Positions 26,501 to 39,135 of a DNA stretch of 64,000 nucleotides are shown here, piece after piece. Position 1 is the stretch's first letter, and every line of letters begins with the position of its first letter. Both the position numbers and the translations under genes were made by a program. This stretch comes from Octopus sinensis (taxonomy: Eukaryota), in NCBI RefSeq assembly GCF_006345805.1, contig NW_021832223.1:186001-250000 (forward strand), given 5' to 3'. The notes under the pieces were generated by a model. That model worked only from the letters and a program-made list of their open reading frames with translations. It ran no database searches and was not told the DNA's origin.

Positions 26501-26926
26501 GGGAGCGAGTGAACTGTTCAGGTTTTTTCATAGTTCGATTTTCTTCAGAGTTCGTCATATATTTCACACAGATGGAGAAGCGTTTAAAAACAACGACACG
26601 ACGCACGTGATTCCGTGAGCAGCACAGAGCGAAGCTGAGAGCAATGATCAAATTAGTCGGGATCACCTAGTTAGTTTTTTCTTTTGGTTAACGGTTGTCT
26701 TTGGAATAAATTTTGATTTGATTTGATATAAAGACATTATTGATTGGCTTAGGATGGCGAGTGGAACTCACGGACACTCAAAGGCCTCCCTGAGGTCTTA
26801 GAAAAGATAATGTCTGGGTGGCAGGTAAGACGGTAAGTCTTAGTTTGCGGCTCAGAGGCGAGCGTGTGTGCGGGACTGAAAAGGCAGAAATGCCGAAGGT
26901 CTTAATTATACCCTCTACTAACAGCC
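23545..26926 (-). mobile_element. Full-length CRE-like non-LTR retrotransposon (PHD finger + RT + zinc knuckle + RLE); single ORF of about 985 aa broken by 1-nt deletions
   Basis: C4HC3 PHD at 26355-26492. RT motifs (KPDGGVRPIAVG, KLDITNAFDS, GVQQGDPLGPLLF, WYLNDATL), CxCG..H..SC knuckle, RLE (KRPDGMTIFPY..GKALVWDVTVVDT). A-rich tail at about 23545-23580. The 5' boundary is uncertain (26700-26926). Confidence 0.9.
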
Positions 26927-26980
26927 TTTTATTTTAAAATAAAATTTTTCGTTTTTTTCGGAACGTTTGCCTTTATATTA

Positions 26981-29900
26981 TGTCACGGTCCAGTGGTGTG
27001 CTTATGCCGTAGGTGTGCCTCCATAGCAATTTTTTTTCATAAAAATTTACTTGGTGGGTTATTTTTATTTGCTAAACCGATTTTTAAAATTTTTTTTCCA
27101 AATTATCAACTATTTTTTTCCAATCTAGAGTCTTTTGGCATAAAACAACATAGAATGCAATTTTAAAACTAATTTATTATTTTTTATTATATAGATATTT
27201 ATTTTGTAAAAATTATAAAATACTATTTAATTACTATTAGGCGCCACAAAGAGTCTGTACACCCAGAAAATTCTTCCTCACATGAATATTTTAAAGTCAA
27301 AAGAACGAAGTTTGATTCACAGCCAAAGCTTTAGTGGTTTAATAAATCTCAAGATAAACCGAGATTAGAAGTATCATATGCTGTAATTTTAATTTATATC
27401 TAAAACAAATAGGTCTCAATGATTATCGCAAAAAACAAAGCTGCACATAATTCTGGTGAAAAGTTAATCAAACCAGCGGCTCTTGAAATGGCTCGAATTT
27501 TGTTTGGTCCGGATGCAGTTACCAAACTTAAGGACATACCATTATCCAACGATTCAATTTCCCGTAGAATTTCAGAATTGTCATCTGATATCCTGAAGCA
27601 ATTAATTAAAAGAATCAATAAAAGTAAATGCAGAATAAGTATTCAATTGGACGAGTCAACTGACATTTCTAACGTCTGTCAGCTTGTGTCCTATGTTCGC
27701 TTTGTTGATGATGAGAATATTATTGATGAGTTTTTATTTTGTTTGGAGATGGATGGACACACTCGTGGAGAGGACATCTTTAATATTTTTGACAATTTTA
27801 TGAAGACGAATAAAATCCAATGGGATAAAGTTGGATCTATATGTACTGATGGTGCACCTGCGATGATTGGTCATCAATCTGGACTTGTTACTCGTGTTAA
27901 GGATTTGGTTCCTGATATTGTTACAAGACATTGTGCATTGCACAAATATGCACTTTGTTAAAAAACTATGTGTTCGTCGTTAAGAGAAACACTAAACACT
28001 ATTGTAAAAGTGATAAACTATATTCGATCTCGACCACTTAATCATCGAATTTTCCAAACTCTTTGTGAAGAGTTAGGAAGTGATCATTCTATACTACTTT
28101 ATCATTCTGAAATTAGGTGGCTTTCAAGGGGGAAAATCCTTTTGAGAATTTGTGAACTTTCCCCTGCGATCTCTGTTTTTTCGTGATAATATGCAGCATG
28201 ATTGGGCCGATCAATTCGATGATTTTACTTTTAAATCGAAAATGTATTATCTTGCCGATTTTTTAACATTTTAAATGAGTTTAATTTGTCAATGCAGGGT
28301 AAAATTTTTATTAATTTATTTAAAGGTCTTTATATATCAATTGTCGAGGTCAATCAAATAATAATAGCTTTTAAAAAAAGTTATTATTGTGGATAATGAA
28401 AATAAAAAAAGGAATAACATCAATGTTCCCAATGCTTGAATATCATCTCGGACACAACCCACCGGATAATGTTCTTCTAAGTCTGATAATCAAACATCTG
28501 GAAAATCTCAAGACAAAATTTGATGATTATTTTCCTGTTGAAGACCCAATTCCAAACTGGATCGTTCAACCTTTCTTGACCTCATTTAAAGAATATCAGG
28601 AACTCAATTTTCAGCAGAGCTTGATTGAACTTCCATGTAATCAGTCTGCTCAGATTATTTTCAAATGTACTTCATTATTAGATTTTTGGTATTCTCATTA
28701 ATAATTACTTTTTATTGTTAGGTGTCAGATGGCGAAAGAATTCCCCATTTTGAGTAAAACTGCATTGGAATCAATACTTGCATTCGCCACTACTTATCAC
28801 TGAAATGGCGATGTCGTGTCTGACTTTTCTAAAAACAAATATAGAAATAGACTACGGGTACAAGATGATATGCGAGTAGCTTTGTCGAACATAGAGCCTG
28901 ATATAAGTAAAATTATTCTGAGCAAACAATATCAGAAATCTCACTAAATTACTATTAAATTTTCTGTTATTTTCATAATGTTCATGTTATTTTTATAATA
29001 AATATTCGAACATGTCTAAACCTGGCCCTGACGAGGCCAAAAATTGTGCGCTAATACCAAAAAATGTTTATTTTATTTAAGGTGGTCCCCACAAAATTTT
29101 ATAGTGCAAAAGTGGTCCCCAGTCTAAAAAAGGTTGAGAACCGCTGCTATACACGTAGTTTAGTTTGTTGTCGTTTTTATGTTTTTCTATATTGGTTTAT
29201 TTCAATTGATTATGAAGGAATAATTCTTATGAACTTTAATTTTGTCATTATACAGTTTTAAATTTCATTGATATGAAGCTTAGATTCTAAGTTATAACTT
29301 AGATTCTAAGTTATGGTTTAGCACAGTGATATGAAGCTACGGTTCTTCTCTATAGAAAATTCAGAACTCAAGACTCAGTTCATTAATGTACATAAATAAA
29401 TAAGTAATTCATGTTAGACTGAGCATAACTTAACACACTTTGGTCGAAATCGCCTTTTTGATCAATTAAGAAAATCCCTGTACAACGTTATTTGGGACCA
29501 AACATGTTTTTGGGCGTCCTCGTGCACCATGGGTTCAGAGACAAGTTGAAAGGTATAATTTTAGTATTCATTCAATAGATTTAATCAGTCGATTAAAAGA
29601 TGGTTGTCTTCAACAAGTGCGTCAGAAGGAACATTTGGGAGTTATATGCCATTTCTTGGAAGGATCGTATTCAGATACAATACGACCGTCCACGAGACAA
29701 CACAAAAAACTCCATTCTTACTTTTTACTGGCTGTCAGTATCCTCCAAAAATTAATTGCGATGATTTAAATAATCTAATTGCGTTTGAACCCAAGGTGGA
29801 AGTAGTTCAGGTAATTTATTTTAATGCATGTTGATAGGCATGTCATGATGCATTGAGGAACACAATCAGGGCAGGGGAAAAAATGCAAAAAAGAAGGAGA

Positions 29901-30341
29901 TGGAAGGATGATGAAACGTGTATAGGAAGTGGTGATTCTGTCCTCATAAGAGAAGATTTTAACACAAATCCGGCACATCGAACGATGCCGCTTTACGACC
30001 AGGTGGATACGACTATATATAAAGTTGTGAAACAGAATGGCGACAACTATGAAGTTGAGAATGATGAGGGGATTTTGGTAAAAAAACATTTTTCACAATT
30101 AAAAAAATTATAAAAACATTCTTTTGTAATTTTAAATGATTAGGTTTTAGAGTTAATGCATCCTTAGGGTTAGAGTTAGGGTCAATCCATCCTTATAGAT
30201 TTTTTTTAATTAAAAAATTTTTTACTCAATTTTTTTATATATATTAGTTATTAAAAACATATTTTATAAAATCAGGAAATATATAAATATTTAAATTGTG
30301 ATACTTTCACTACGGCATAGGCACACTCGTGGACCGTGACA
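26981..30341 (+). mobile_element. Ginger2/Tdd-like element #3 containing a nested hAT
   Basis: TIR TGTCACGGTCCA...GTGTGC(T/C)TATGCCGTA, 5-bp TSD TATTA (26976-26980; 30342-30346). Integrase remnants 29350-30110 with introns 29388-29417 and 29553-29578 (QFIN|TEHNLTHFGR; QVER|FNQSIKRW). Confidence 0.88.
27262..29146 (+). mobile_element. hAT Buster/ZBED5-like transposon, left end missing, three tiny introns
   Basis: Motifs IQLDESTDIS, ICTDGAPAMIG, RHCALHK, EIRWLSRGK. Right TIR (inverse of CAGCGGTTCTCAACC) ends at 29146. Introns 27383-27412, 28299-28325 and 28689-28721 restore SYA|VSMII, MQG|LYIS and DFW|CQMAKEFP. Confidence 0.88.
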
Positions 30342-30984
30342 TATTAATTGGCCTTTTGAATCGGTATATTAATTATCGATTTTTTAACGGCTCGTATTCA
30401 ACCGTATCTCATTATGAACCGGTCACAAGAAATTAATTTATGAATTAAAAAAACTCGCTTCTTCTGTCTTTGGGAATAAAAGTGAAATTATCAAAAATGA
30501 AAATAAAATGAATAATAATTCCCCTGATTTGGCACTATACAACAAGGTGCTTGAGGAATTATTAATTCAAATTGATGCTACAACTATAAAAAAATAATCA
30601 ATAAAATAGTGGAAAAAGATCGAAATACTAAAAAATCCAAATAGACAATAGAATATAATTTAATGTAAAAAGTTCTTATGAATGGAGATTAATTAATTGA
30701 TAAAGTGAATATAAATTCGCTTGCAAAATAAACTTTCTCCAAGATATTTTACCAGTAGTCAAATTAATTAATCTTCAAACAAATAAATAAACAAACATAT
30801 TAAACAATAAAACATTAATAGCAAGAAAAAATGAAATAAAATTTTACAACCAGAACCACAACAGAAGAAAAAAAACATTAATAACACGTGATAATTTATT
30901 TCAATTAATTCGATAAATTTCGAACATTTAAAAAATTATATAAATAACATTTAATATTGTCAGTCATTTTGAATTCAACAGTCA

Positions 30985-31970
30985 GGGCTCGGCATCCGCT
31001 CATGTTCCGACCTATCGCTACCCGCTTACCTTTCTTCCGTCTCCGCGAGCCACACACTTGTCATGGAAATTCTACGCTCCTTTTCTGAATTTTCCTTGGA
31101 CACAAATGTGACTCATTTCAGCGAAGTCTGGAGGGAACAAGGTCTTGACTTTCCGGAAAATCAGATGTCTCAACGAGCCTGGGATCGAATTAGATGCATG
31201 CAAACTTTCAATCTGCTGCTCGAGTCGTCCAACCAGCACCGCCGCGCTTGCCTTCTGTCGGCAGCATTCCCGGCTAGCGGAGCTTGGCTTTGTGCATTCC
31301 CGAACGCCCCATTTGGCACTCTCCTTGACGATGAAGCGGTAAGGATCGGAGTCTCTCTGCGACTCGGACTAAGGCAATGTGTCCCGCACACGTGCCGCTG
31401 TGGCTGCACTGTTGACCCTTTCGGTCTGCACCCTTTATCGTGCAAGAGGAGTGCCGGACGTTTCCCGAGGCACTCTGCTATGAATGACATCATACGGAGG
31501 GCCCTCGACTCGGCGGGATTTCCTTCGGTCCTCGAGCCTCCGGGTCTTGACCGCGGCGACGGGAAGCGTCCTGACGGGATGACCCTTTTCCCCTTTGAAG
31601 GCGGAAAAGGCCTCGTATGGGATGCAACCTGCTGCGACACCTTTTCTGCTTCTCACTTAACTTCGTGTGCTCTGGAGGCCAAATCTGCAGCTAAGAAGGC
31701 TGAAGATTTAAAGCTTTTAAAATATTCTGCCCTCTCGGAGAAGTTTTCGGTGGTGCCAATCGCGGCGGAGACGTCGGGTGCTCTCGGTCCAAAAACTGAA
31801 AAGTTCCTTCGCAAGCTCGGAGCCAAAATCTCAATGCGCACCCATGATCCTCGGAAGGCGAACTGGCTAATGCAACGGTTCTCAATTGCCATCATCCGGG
31901 GAAACAGTTTGGCAATCCGCCAGGCTACATATCTACCATAAACATAATTCTACTGGGTCATTTAATAAAA
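30985..31970 (+). mobile_element. 5'-truncated CRE-like retrotransposon (post-RT region + RLE)
   Basis: GLGIRSCSDLSLPAYLS...CRCG...HPLSC...KRPDGMTLFPFEGGKGLVWDATCCDT...QRFSIAIIRGN; stop at 31941. Confidence 0.9.
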
Positions 31971-31984
31971 TTAATTAAGTTTAT

Positions 31985-32270
31985 TTTTTTCCAAAACGAG
32001 CTGCTTTCCGGATTCAAAAGCGAAAAGCGTACAGCCGTCTGGACGTTTTGCATCTTCAAAAACAAGGCCCGTCGGTTCCAGAATAGAAGGGAAATCAGCT
32101 CTTTCCAGAGCTTTGTGAATTAGATTGTTGATTTCGGTGTGCCGAGGAAATCGGCCGGCGCTCATTAGCCCAAAGGCGATGTAGCCCAAAGGCGTCAACT
32201 TTATCCCCACAACGACATGGGTGAGGTCTGCAGACAGGGAGTCCAAGGCGATTACAGATACCCAAACGGA
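31985..32270 (-). mobile_element. CRE-like RLE fragment, tail-to-tail with the previous copy
   Basis: [19 protein letters not shown]...EPTGL...KRPDGCTLFAF. Confidence 0.8.
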
Positions 32271-32339
32271 GTGAATCCCTATCGAGTATTAATTGTCTTT
32301 AAGGCAATATTTAGCCAAAAAACAACAATTATCCACGAG

Positions 32340-34240
32340 ATAAATTTGACAATTTATTTATTTTACTAGTTAGGAAGACAAGAAAAACTAGCCATTATCG
32401 ACGACGAGAAATTTTAAAAAGAATGAGGCACCAGAGTGTCTCTACTGAACAGCATATTTCCCTGATAGACACTTTAGATATCTGACGTCCACTACAAAAA
32501 CAACCGCGCCTTTACCAGGACGGACTGTATTTTGGGGACGCAGGATTCATAAGAGTTATCCAATTTTTCTTTGAGATCGAGACCGTAGGCCAACTTAATG
32601 GCGTAACGCCTCGTTTTCTCGAGTTTGTCAATTAGACAAACCCTCTCACCTGTGCCATACCAGGACTCAAACCCGTAGGTGAGAACCGGCTGTACACATG
32701 TCTTGTAAACGTAGATGTATGTTTCTGGACTCAGATGAAATCTGATCAGGCTTCGTAGGATTTTAACGGCTCTCTTCCTTTGGGTATCGATATGATTTCC
32801 ATAGGAGCCTCTGGCATCTATTGTAACCCCAAGGTATTGGAGGTTCTGCGAAAGTTTTAAGTCCCCAACTCCAAAGACACAAACAGTTTCGATCCTCCGC
32901 TTCGACAGCCTGCACACTGTGCTCTTTTCACGGGCCAGCGTTAGACCCTTTTCATGAGTTCATTCCATTATCCTGGCAAGGTATGGTTCGAGCCTTCGAC
33001 ATGACAGATCACTCCGTCTCGAGACATCAGTCACGAGAATGTCGTCCGCGTATACAATGAGATTACTCGATCGACCCGTAGGTAACAGGATGTCAGCAAA
33101 AAAAAGATTGAATAATAGCGGGCTCAGTATAGAACCCTGAGGGACACCTCTTTTGAGATCCACACAGTCCATAGTCGGTTTCCGCACCGTACATAAGATT
33201 TCCTCTCGTTGATATAACTCTTTAGCCATTTGAATGTTTTTTCACCTGCGCCAGTCTCCAAAACTTTTTCCAGAAGTCCAAGGTGCCAAACGCAGTCAAA
33301 AGCCTTCGATAAATCCAAGCACACAGCGGTCGTGCAAGATTTATTACGTATTGCCCAAGAAAGTTCCCTTTCTAGAACCTTCAGGCAGTTTCCCGTTGAT
33401 TTACCAGGACGAAAACCCCATTGTACATCGGAAAGCAGATTATTCTTTTCAACATGTTATGAAAATCTTTCAAAAATTATTTTCTCCATAATCTTCGAAA
33501 AAGCGCAGATCAGGCTTATAGGCCTGTAGTTTTCTGCTAGGAGACTTGTTTTCCCAGGTTTCGGGATCATACGAACGATTGTGCACTTCCAAGTGGGCGG
33601 AAGATAACCAAGGGTAAAATTAGCGTCGAAAAGCATAGTTAGAGCCCGTAGGAGGATCTTCGGAGCCTTCTTAAGAAGTAACACAAATATGTAGTCAAAT
33701 CCAGGGGCCTTGTTTTTCAGCCCTGCTATCGCTTCTTGTGTCTCTTTTTCGGTAATAGCCTCGCATAGAGGTCCATTCACAAGATTTAGAGATTCTAGCC
33801 TTAAGTGACTTTCTCAAAGGCCTTTGATGGAATAATTGATTCAGCTTAATTCATCCGGGACAAGATCGGAGTGGATATACTTTCCATCTTGCCTCTTTAA
33901 CACAATATTGTCGCCTTTCCCTTCCGCGTTGTTCAGTCGCTGATACGCCTTCCAAAACTTCGGATTTCTCTTATCCAGCATTCGGCATTCTTTTTTCCAT
34001 GATTTTTCTATTTTCTTTTTGCCAATTTCTATTATCATCGTCTTGAGATGGTCGATTTCAACTTTTAACTGATTTCTGACCTCCACGTTGGAACACCTCC
34101 TCCTGCGATTCTGAAGGGTGCCCTTCTTAGTTATAAACATCGACAGTTTTTTGTCTGTTTGGCGGAAACAAGGGCCCGATGCTCTCAATACTCTCTTTTC
34201 TGTAAATTTTTCCAAAAATTCGACAATTGATGACCTCAGA
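32340..34240 (-). mobile_element. APE-type LINE family A (Jockey/I-like) ORF2 RT region through 3' end, frameshifted
   Basis: KAPGFD, YRPISLICAFSKIME, CLDLSKAFDCVWH, GVPQGSILSPLLFN, YADDI, YLGVTID. Confidence 0.85.
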
Positions 34241-35770
34241 TAGGCATCGAGTCTCCCGTATGCGGCTGGCAAGCGCAGTTTAAGGATGCCAGTTGGACTT
34301 GGTCCAACTTTGACCGAAGTTTGCACAGAGTGCCTGAGCAAAAGATTTCGTCCCAGTTCTTTTGAACTGAAGGGATCGTCGGAAAATTCAGACCGAGTGA
34401 CAACCAAATACGGGAGGCTGATGAGAATTCAAAAAGCTCGTTAAGTTCGAGAGAGGGAAAAAAAACCAAACAGACCGAATTTCTGGATGCCGAGGTCGAA
34501 GAGAGATAGCAAGGGAAGACTAGGTCCTTGCAGGAACGAATCCCGATCCCTCCGAAACGTATAGGTAGGCACGCACGGGTAAGACCGAAACCAGTGAATC
34601 TCGAATTAAGATGGAATATCAGCGAAGTGTGGATTAGATTGTCGATTGCAAATAAAGAATCGGGAGCCACGAAACAAGTCGAAGAACGGAGGATGTATGT
34701 AAGCCTCGGAATAAAAAGGAAATTCCTCAGCAAGAAAAACGCCATATGCGAGTCAAGCCCGCGGATCCGCTCGGTAAGCAGCTTGATTTCGTCCCATTTA
34801 GACGATAAGGTCTTTAAAGTTCATGTTCAGAAATTGGTGACCCCAGAATAACTAGATCGTTGGTAGGTGTGAGCCTTAACCCAGCAATCAGACCGCATAG
34901 GGAAGAAAATGTATGAGAAAGAGCCCCCGAGGATAACGAAATATTTACGAGTTCGCATTTGCGACCATTTAAAGATAGACCGATCTCCGCGAAACCAGAC
35001 GTGATTTTGTTAATGTCATCCATGACGACATCCAAAGGTCCTCCAAAAGTAACATCGTCCAAGTACCAAAAATTGACGTTGGACGCAAGGTTGCGTGCAA
35101 TATGGTCAACAGAGAGGGCAAACAGCAATGGGTAACCCTGCTGAATACCGCATTCGGACATAATGGTTTCGCCATGAAACAAAAGGCAGCTTGGTGAAGA
35201 ATACGCAAGATTTACGATTGGCCAGAGCTCTGGGCATCGTTTTGAGACCACCTCTAGCATGTGGTCACGACGGACACAATTGAAAGCATTACTGACATCC
35301 AGTTTGACAATAAACTCACAATCGTTGGGTTTAGAATGTAGGAGTTTGGGAGACGACTCATTACTAGAAGGAGAACAAGGGACGGACAGCCAATCAGAGT
35401 TGAATTCTGAATGAACAAAGGATAAACAGCGATCTTTGGTTCGCTGTGCGGAGAAAACGTGTTTGGCATCACGTGAGCGAATTGATATAGAATTAAGGCA
35501 GACAGGGAAGAAACAGAATAACTTGAACCAGATTCCAAAAGCGTTGGAAGACAGTGCCTGGTCGATCAAAACCGAGAGGGACTTAGCCACGGTAAGTCTG
35601 GCTGATTTTGGGATTCTGGCAGGAATGATTGATTGACTTCGGAAAGCTGATAGGAGTTGAAGAAAAACCAAAGGAGTGGGAATGGAAGCGGAAATTGAGG
35701 GTGGAAAGTTAGGCTGTGCACCATTGGACAACAAAATGAGATAAATTTGGCAGGACAGATTACTCAATTA
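34240..35770 (-). mobile_element. CRE-like copy lacking PHD and RLE, internally deleted, joined to LINE family A
   Basis: RIPKSARL, KLDVSNAFNC, GIQQG.PLLFAL, WYLDDVTFGG, GGIGIRSC; similarity ends near QPHTGD. Confidence 0.85.
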
Positions 35771-36005
35771 CCTAAAGCAAACAAGTAAAAAAAGTAACAA
35801 TATCAAAATGAAATAATTCGTAATTAAAGACGTTCCCACAGCATTAAGTTTTGATTTGGACTCAACTAGCATATTAATCATAAATTCCAAATATTCGAAA
35901 AATGACAATTTACACTTTTGATAAAAACTGCGGAACAAAATGACAGTATGTGTAAAGAAACTAGTTTAATTAAACATATATAATTTGAAACGACAGAATA
36001 TATTA

Positions 36006-37030
36006 TTAAACAAAGTTGCTTAATATTATTTGCAAACACTCCGCTTTTTGAGACCTTGCACCTGCCATACTAGGAAATCTGACGATTCGATCCCAATAAA
36101 CGCCGGACAAAAATACTTGATCCACAATACTCCCTATAGCAGTGGTTAAAATGCCATCAATTTGACAGACTGGAATATATAAAGAAATAAACCCGGAAGC
36201 CGAGACAAGGCCTCCAATCAAAAAATTAGGCATATTTGAGGAGTGACGAATCCCAAGTTGGCAACAGTATTGGAGAGTGAGAGCCACCAATGACGGGGTT
36301 GTTCACATTTGTGTGGAAGGTCATCGCGAAAACAGTCGAGATAATTTATAAAGTATGGGATTCCACGTCACATCGGTCTAAAACAGAAATATTCCGCCAA
36401 TCATCGTCGAAGCCCTCAAATCAGGCATCATCAAGATATCAGTGGTTCAGTTTCGCGTTTATAAAGCGGATGGTTTCATGGATTCCGAAAGCAACGAGAA
36501 GTGGACCAAAAGGGTTTCCTTTTTGAACTTCAATTTCCGAAAAGATAATCTTGTCCCCAAAGACGAGTGGAATAAGTTCCGGGACTCGTTTGCTAACAGT
36601 CTTAAAAATTTGGTCTCTCAGCAGTAAATTGAAGGAATTGCAGATTTTGGGATTTTGTTCGTTTTTCTGTGTGAAAAGCATCTTGTAGCATGCATCGCCA
36701 CCTCATATCCGTTCTGTACACCAACTCCAAGTTGGAAGAAGGAAAATTATTCAGATACAATTTTGGCCTTCCTTTCTTGGACAAGAAAATCAAGAGAAAG
36801 TCCGTATTTCGATAGGCTCATTCGGAATGTTCGCTTGAGTCTTCCGACCAAACTCCATACATGTATTGCAGTTCCAAAAACTGAGTGAGGATGCAGCCTG
36901 ATGGGACATTCTTACACATCCGAGGTGGAAAAAGTTTTCGCTCATCGAGCAGAAGAGCCTGTACTTTCGTGCATTCACAACTAGACGAAGAGCACATCAA
37001 ACAAAGTCTCACAGGGATAATGTGCGTCAT
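36006..37030 (-). mobile_element. Old, degenerate CRE-like copy with a PHD-finger remnant
   Basis: CLMC...CSMS...FHLGC...FWNCNTC (36863-37005); decayed VQKGNPFGPLL and GIRHSS segments collinear with the full-length copy. Confidence 0.7.
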
Positions 37031-37587
37031 TTGTGTTCTTCCATATTAGAGACGTTTTCTATGCACTCTAATTGTTAGATGACTCTTTTTTTCCTTTTTT
37101 AGTCCTTTACAGGATAAATTTTAGATGAAATTTTGCTCACCTAAATTATAAAATCGCGTATTGCAGAGACTACATTTGGTCTAAAATGTAGGTGTGTGGC
37201 TGGTTTACTGCCCGCAATCAATCGGGTTTGTCACATTACGAAAATTTATCAAAACTCAATTAGTCATCGCACCGAAAATAGTCAAAGGTTTTATGACTGT
37301 TTTTTATTTTTGGTTAACGTGATTAGAAGAATCCAATTAACTAATTATTACGATGTTAATCTGCTCGTTATCCGCTCGAGATTATTGTCCTTCTTTTAGA
37401 GGAGGAATAACCAACACCACTCTTTTATTCTCCGTCACCAAATCAGTTACAGCATTTTTATCCCCACTTTTTGTATTGTCTTTATATTTTCTTCAATTAT
37501 GAGGCTACTTTTCATCAGTGATTCTGATCACATGTCTATATTCAACTTTTTCTTTAACACAATTGAAAAAAATCATAAAACTATTTT

Positions 37588-38010
37588 TCATTTATTAAAT
37601 TGAATTTTAGAATCAAGAGAACTGTCATCGGGAATAATCTTATTATATTCTTGCAAAGAATATCCCGTGACTGGATCAGGAACTTGATAATTGTTTTTCC
37701 ATGATGAATCGGGATAATATGAGTACCGAGGAAGCTGGTAATTAAATGGATTGTCTCCAACGTATTCTCCAGCTACCATCCAATCACATTGATTAAGGAA
37801 CTCGGTATTTCCTAATTGAGGAAACTGCATTCCATTAACAGAATAACTCTGAGGAACGTAGTAGTGCAAGTCGTGGTGTGACCCTCTCTCGGTGTAATAC
37901 TGGTAGGGATAATAATAGTTGTGGTTTATTTCGTTTGTATAATTTTCGTTTAAAAAATTAGTATTCAGGGTTAATTCAGAAGAATTCGTCTCCGCAAGTG
38001 ATTGAGGAGT
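37588..38010 (-). CDS. Unassigned Tyr/Asn/Pro-rich open frame (about 140 codons)
   Basis: Stop-free frame from about 38010 to TGA at 37588 in otherwise AT-rich DNA. No recognisable domain; start not identified. Confidence 0.3.
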   Translation of the reverse strand, partial: TPQSLAETNSSELTLNTNFLNENYTNEINHNYYYPYQYYTERGSHHDLHYYVPQSYSVNGMQFPQLGNTEFLNQCDWMVAGEYVGDNPFNYQLPRYSYYPDSSWKNNYQVPDPVTGYSLQEYNKIIPDDSSLDSKIQFNK

Positions 38011-38349
38011 TACGGAAACTAAGGGATTTCTATTTCAATTAAAAAACTCGAGTTTTATTTTTCCAAATTTAAATTGAAGAACCTGTTCCTTTAATTTTGA
38101 TTGTCAATTAATTTCTTAATTTAAATATTACGTGGAATACTTTATTTTTTCTTGGTTTTTTGGAACATTCTTCTTTTTTAATAATATACTTTTACTAAAT
38201 TTTTGGAGTTTATGTAAATTGGATTGTTCTGGATACTTCAGACATTGTGGCAGGTTAAGTGAACGTTATTTTTATTTTTTTTTTGTTCAAATATTATTAT
38301 TCAAATGTTATATGTAATTAACAAATAGTTATAACTAACCATTCCGGCA

Positions 38350-38430
38350 TGTAAATGGAAACACAGTTCCACGTACTATGGCCAAGGAAATCCTTTCGAA
38401 AAGCCACTTGAATCGCTGAACGTTATTTAT
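38350..38430 (-). mobile_element. Very short CRE-like C-terminal remnant
   Basis: KWLFERISLAIVRG matches the C-terminal W.RQRI.LAIVRGN motif of the other CRE copies. Confidence 0.5.
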
Positions 38431-38581
38431 AACAACAAAACGAGATGTAAGGAAGTAAATAAATTTAATTCCTTCCAACGTTTAGGTTTCCCAAAGAATA
38501 AATACTCAATAGTTTTAACTACGCAAAAATTTAAATTTATAATTAATATAAATTTAATATTTATTCCAAATTTATATGATT

Positions 38582-39135
38582 AGCTTTTTTTATCAGTGAG
38601 TCCTGCTTCATGGAAAATGTCACAAAACGTGTTGAAAGAACGAATAGCCGTGTTGTCCTCTTTCAAGAAGTAGTCGTCAGTGTAGTCCATTCCGGCAGTG
38701 TTGTTCTTCACAATGACCACTCCACTCCCCGAGAGAGTCCCGCAACTCCACACGCAGTCCGCGATTTATTCTCCCAAGAAAGCGAACGAAATCCATCCAC
38801 AAATGTGATAGTAATTCTGTTCCAGGAAAAAGTCTCGCATAGTCCTGTTCTCCAATGTACAGTCGGGAATTGGAAATAAAGTCAGGGGTCATGTCGAAGA
38901 GATCCATTTTCTTGCACATTAGCAAAACCACATGTTTGGAGACTGGTCTAATTCCTGCCCCACAGTCGAGTACCTAGGAGTAGTCATTGGGGATTGATTC
39001 CTTATTTTTGAGACACTCAATGAACCGAATTGAATTTTGGTGGTCGGTGTGTGCAATGAAGCCGTATACCCCAAGCATCGACTCAATTGTGGGTTCTTTC
39101 GATTGGTAGTATTTCTTTATTTTGTCGTATCACAT
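38582..39135 (-). pseudogene. NTMT1: Decayed N-terminal Xaa-Pro-Lys methyltransferase (NTMT1/METTL11-like)
   Basis: YYQSKEPTIESMLGVYGFI...VLDCGAGI...DLFDMTPDF...VIVKNN...EDNTAIRS follows the NTMT1 motif order. In-frame TAG before VLDCG and several frameshifts or deletions. Confidence 0.7.

Noticed and set aside
26700-26926. HDV-like or hammerhead ribozyme as a firm feature
   Set aside because: No consistent P1/P2/P3/P1.1 nesting and no CUGAUGA...GAAA core found. CTGATGA hits elsewhere in the window lack stem II and GAAA.
27254-27261. 8-bp TSD (CTGTACAC vs CTATACAC) for the Buster hAT
   Set aside because: The left copy is followed directly by transposase coding sequence rather than a TIR, so the match is probably coincidental.
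30160-30185. Telomeric TTAGGG repeats
   Set aside because: Only two imperfect units inside the Ginger #3 3' region; not an array.
38960-38995. Non-canonical GA-AG intron or stop-codon reassignment in NTMT1
   Set aside because: The 27-nt segment reads as plausible coding sequence ending in a single TAG, and the locus has other lesions. DNAJC27 translates cleanly with the standard code, so a nonsense mutation is simpler.
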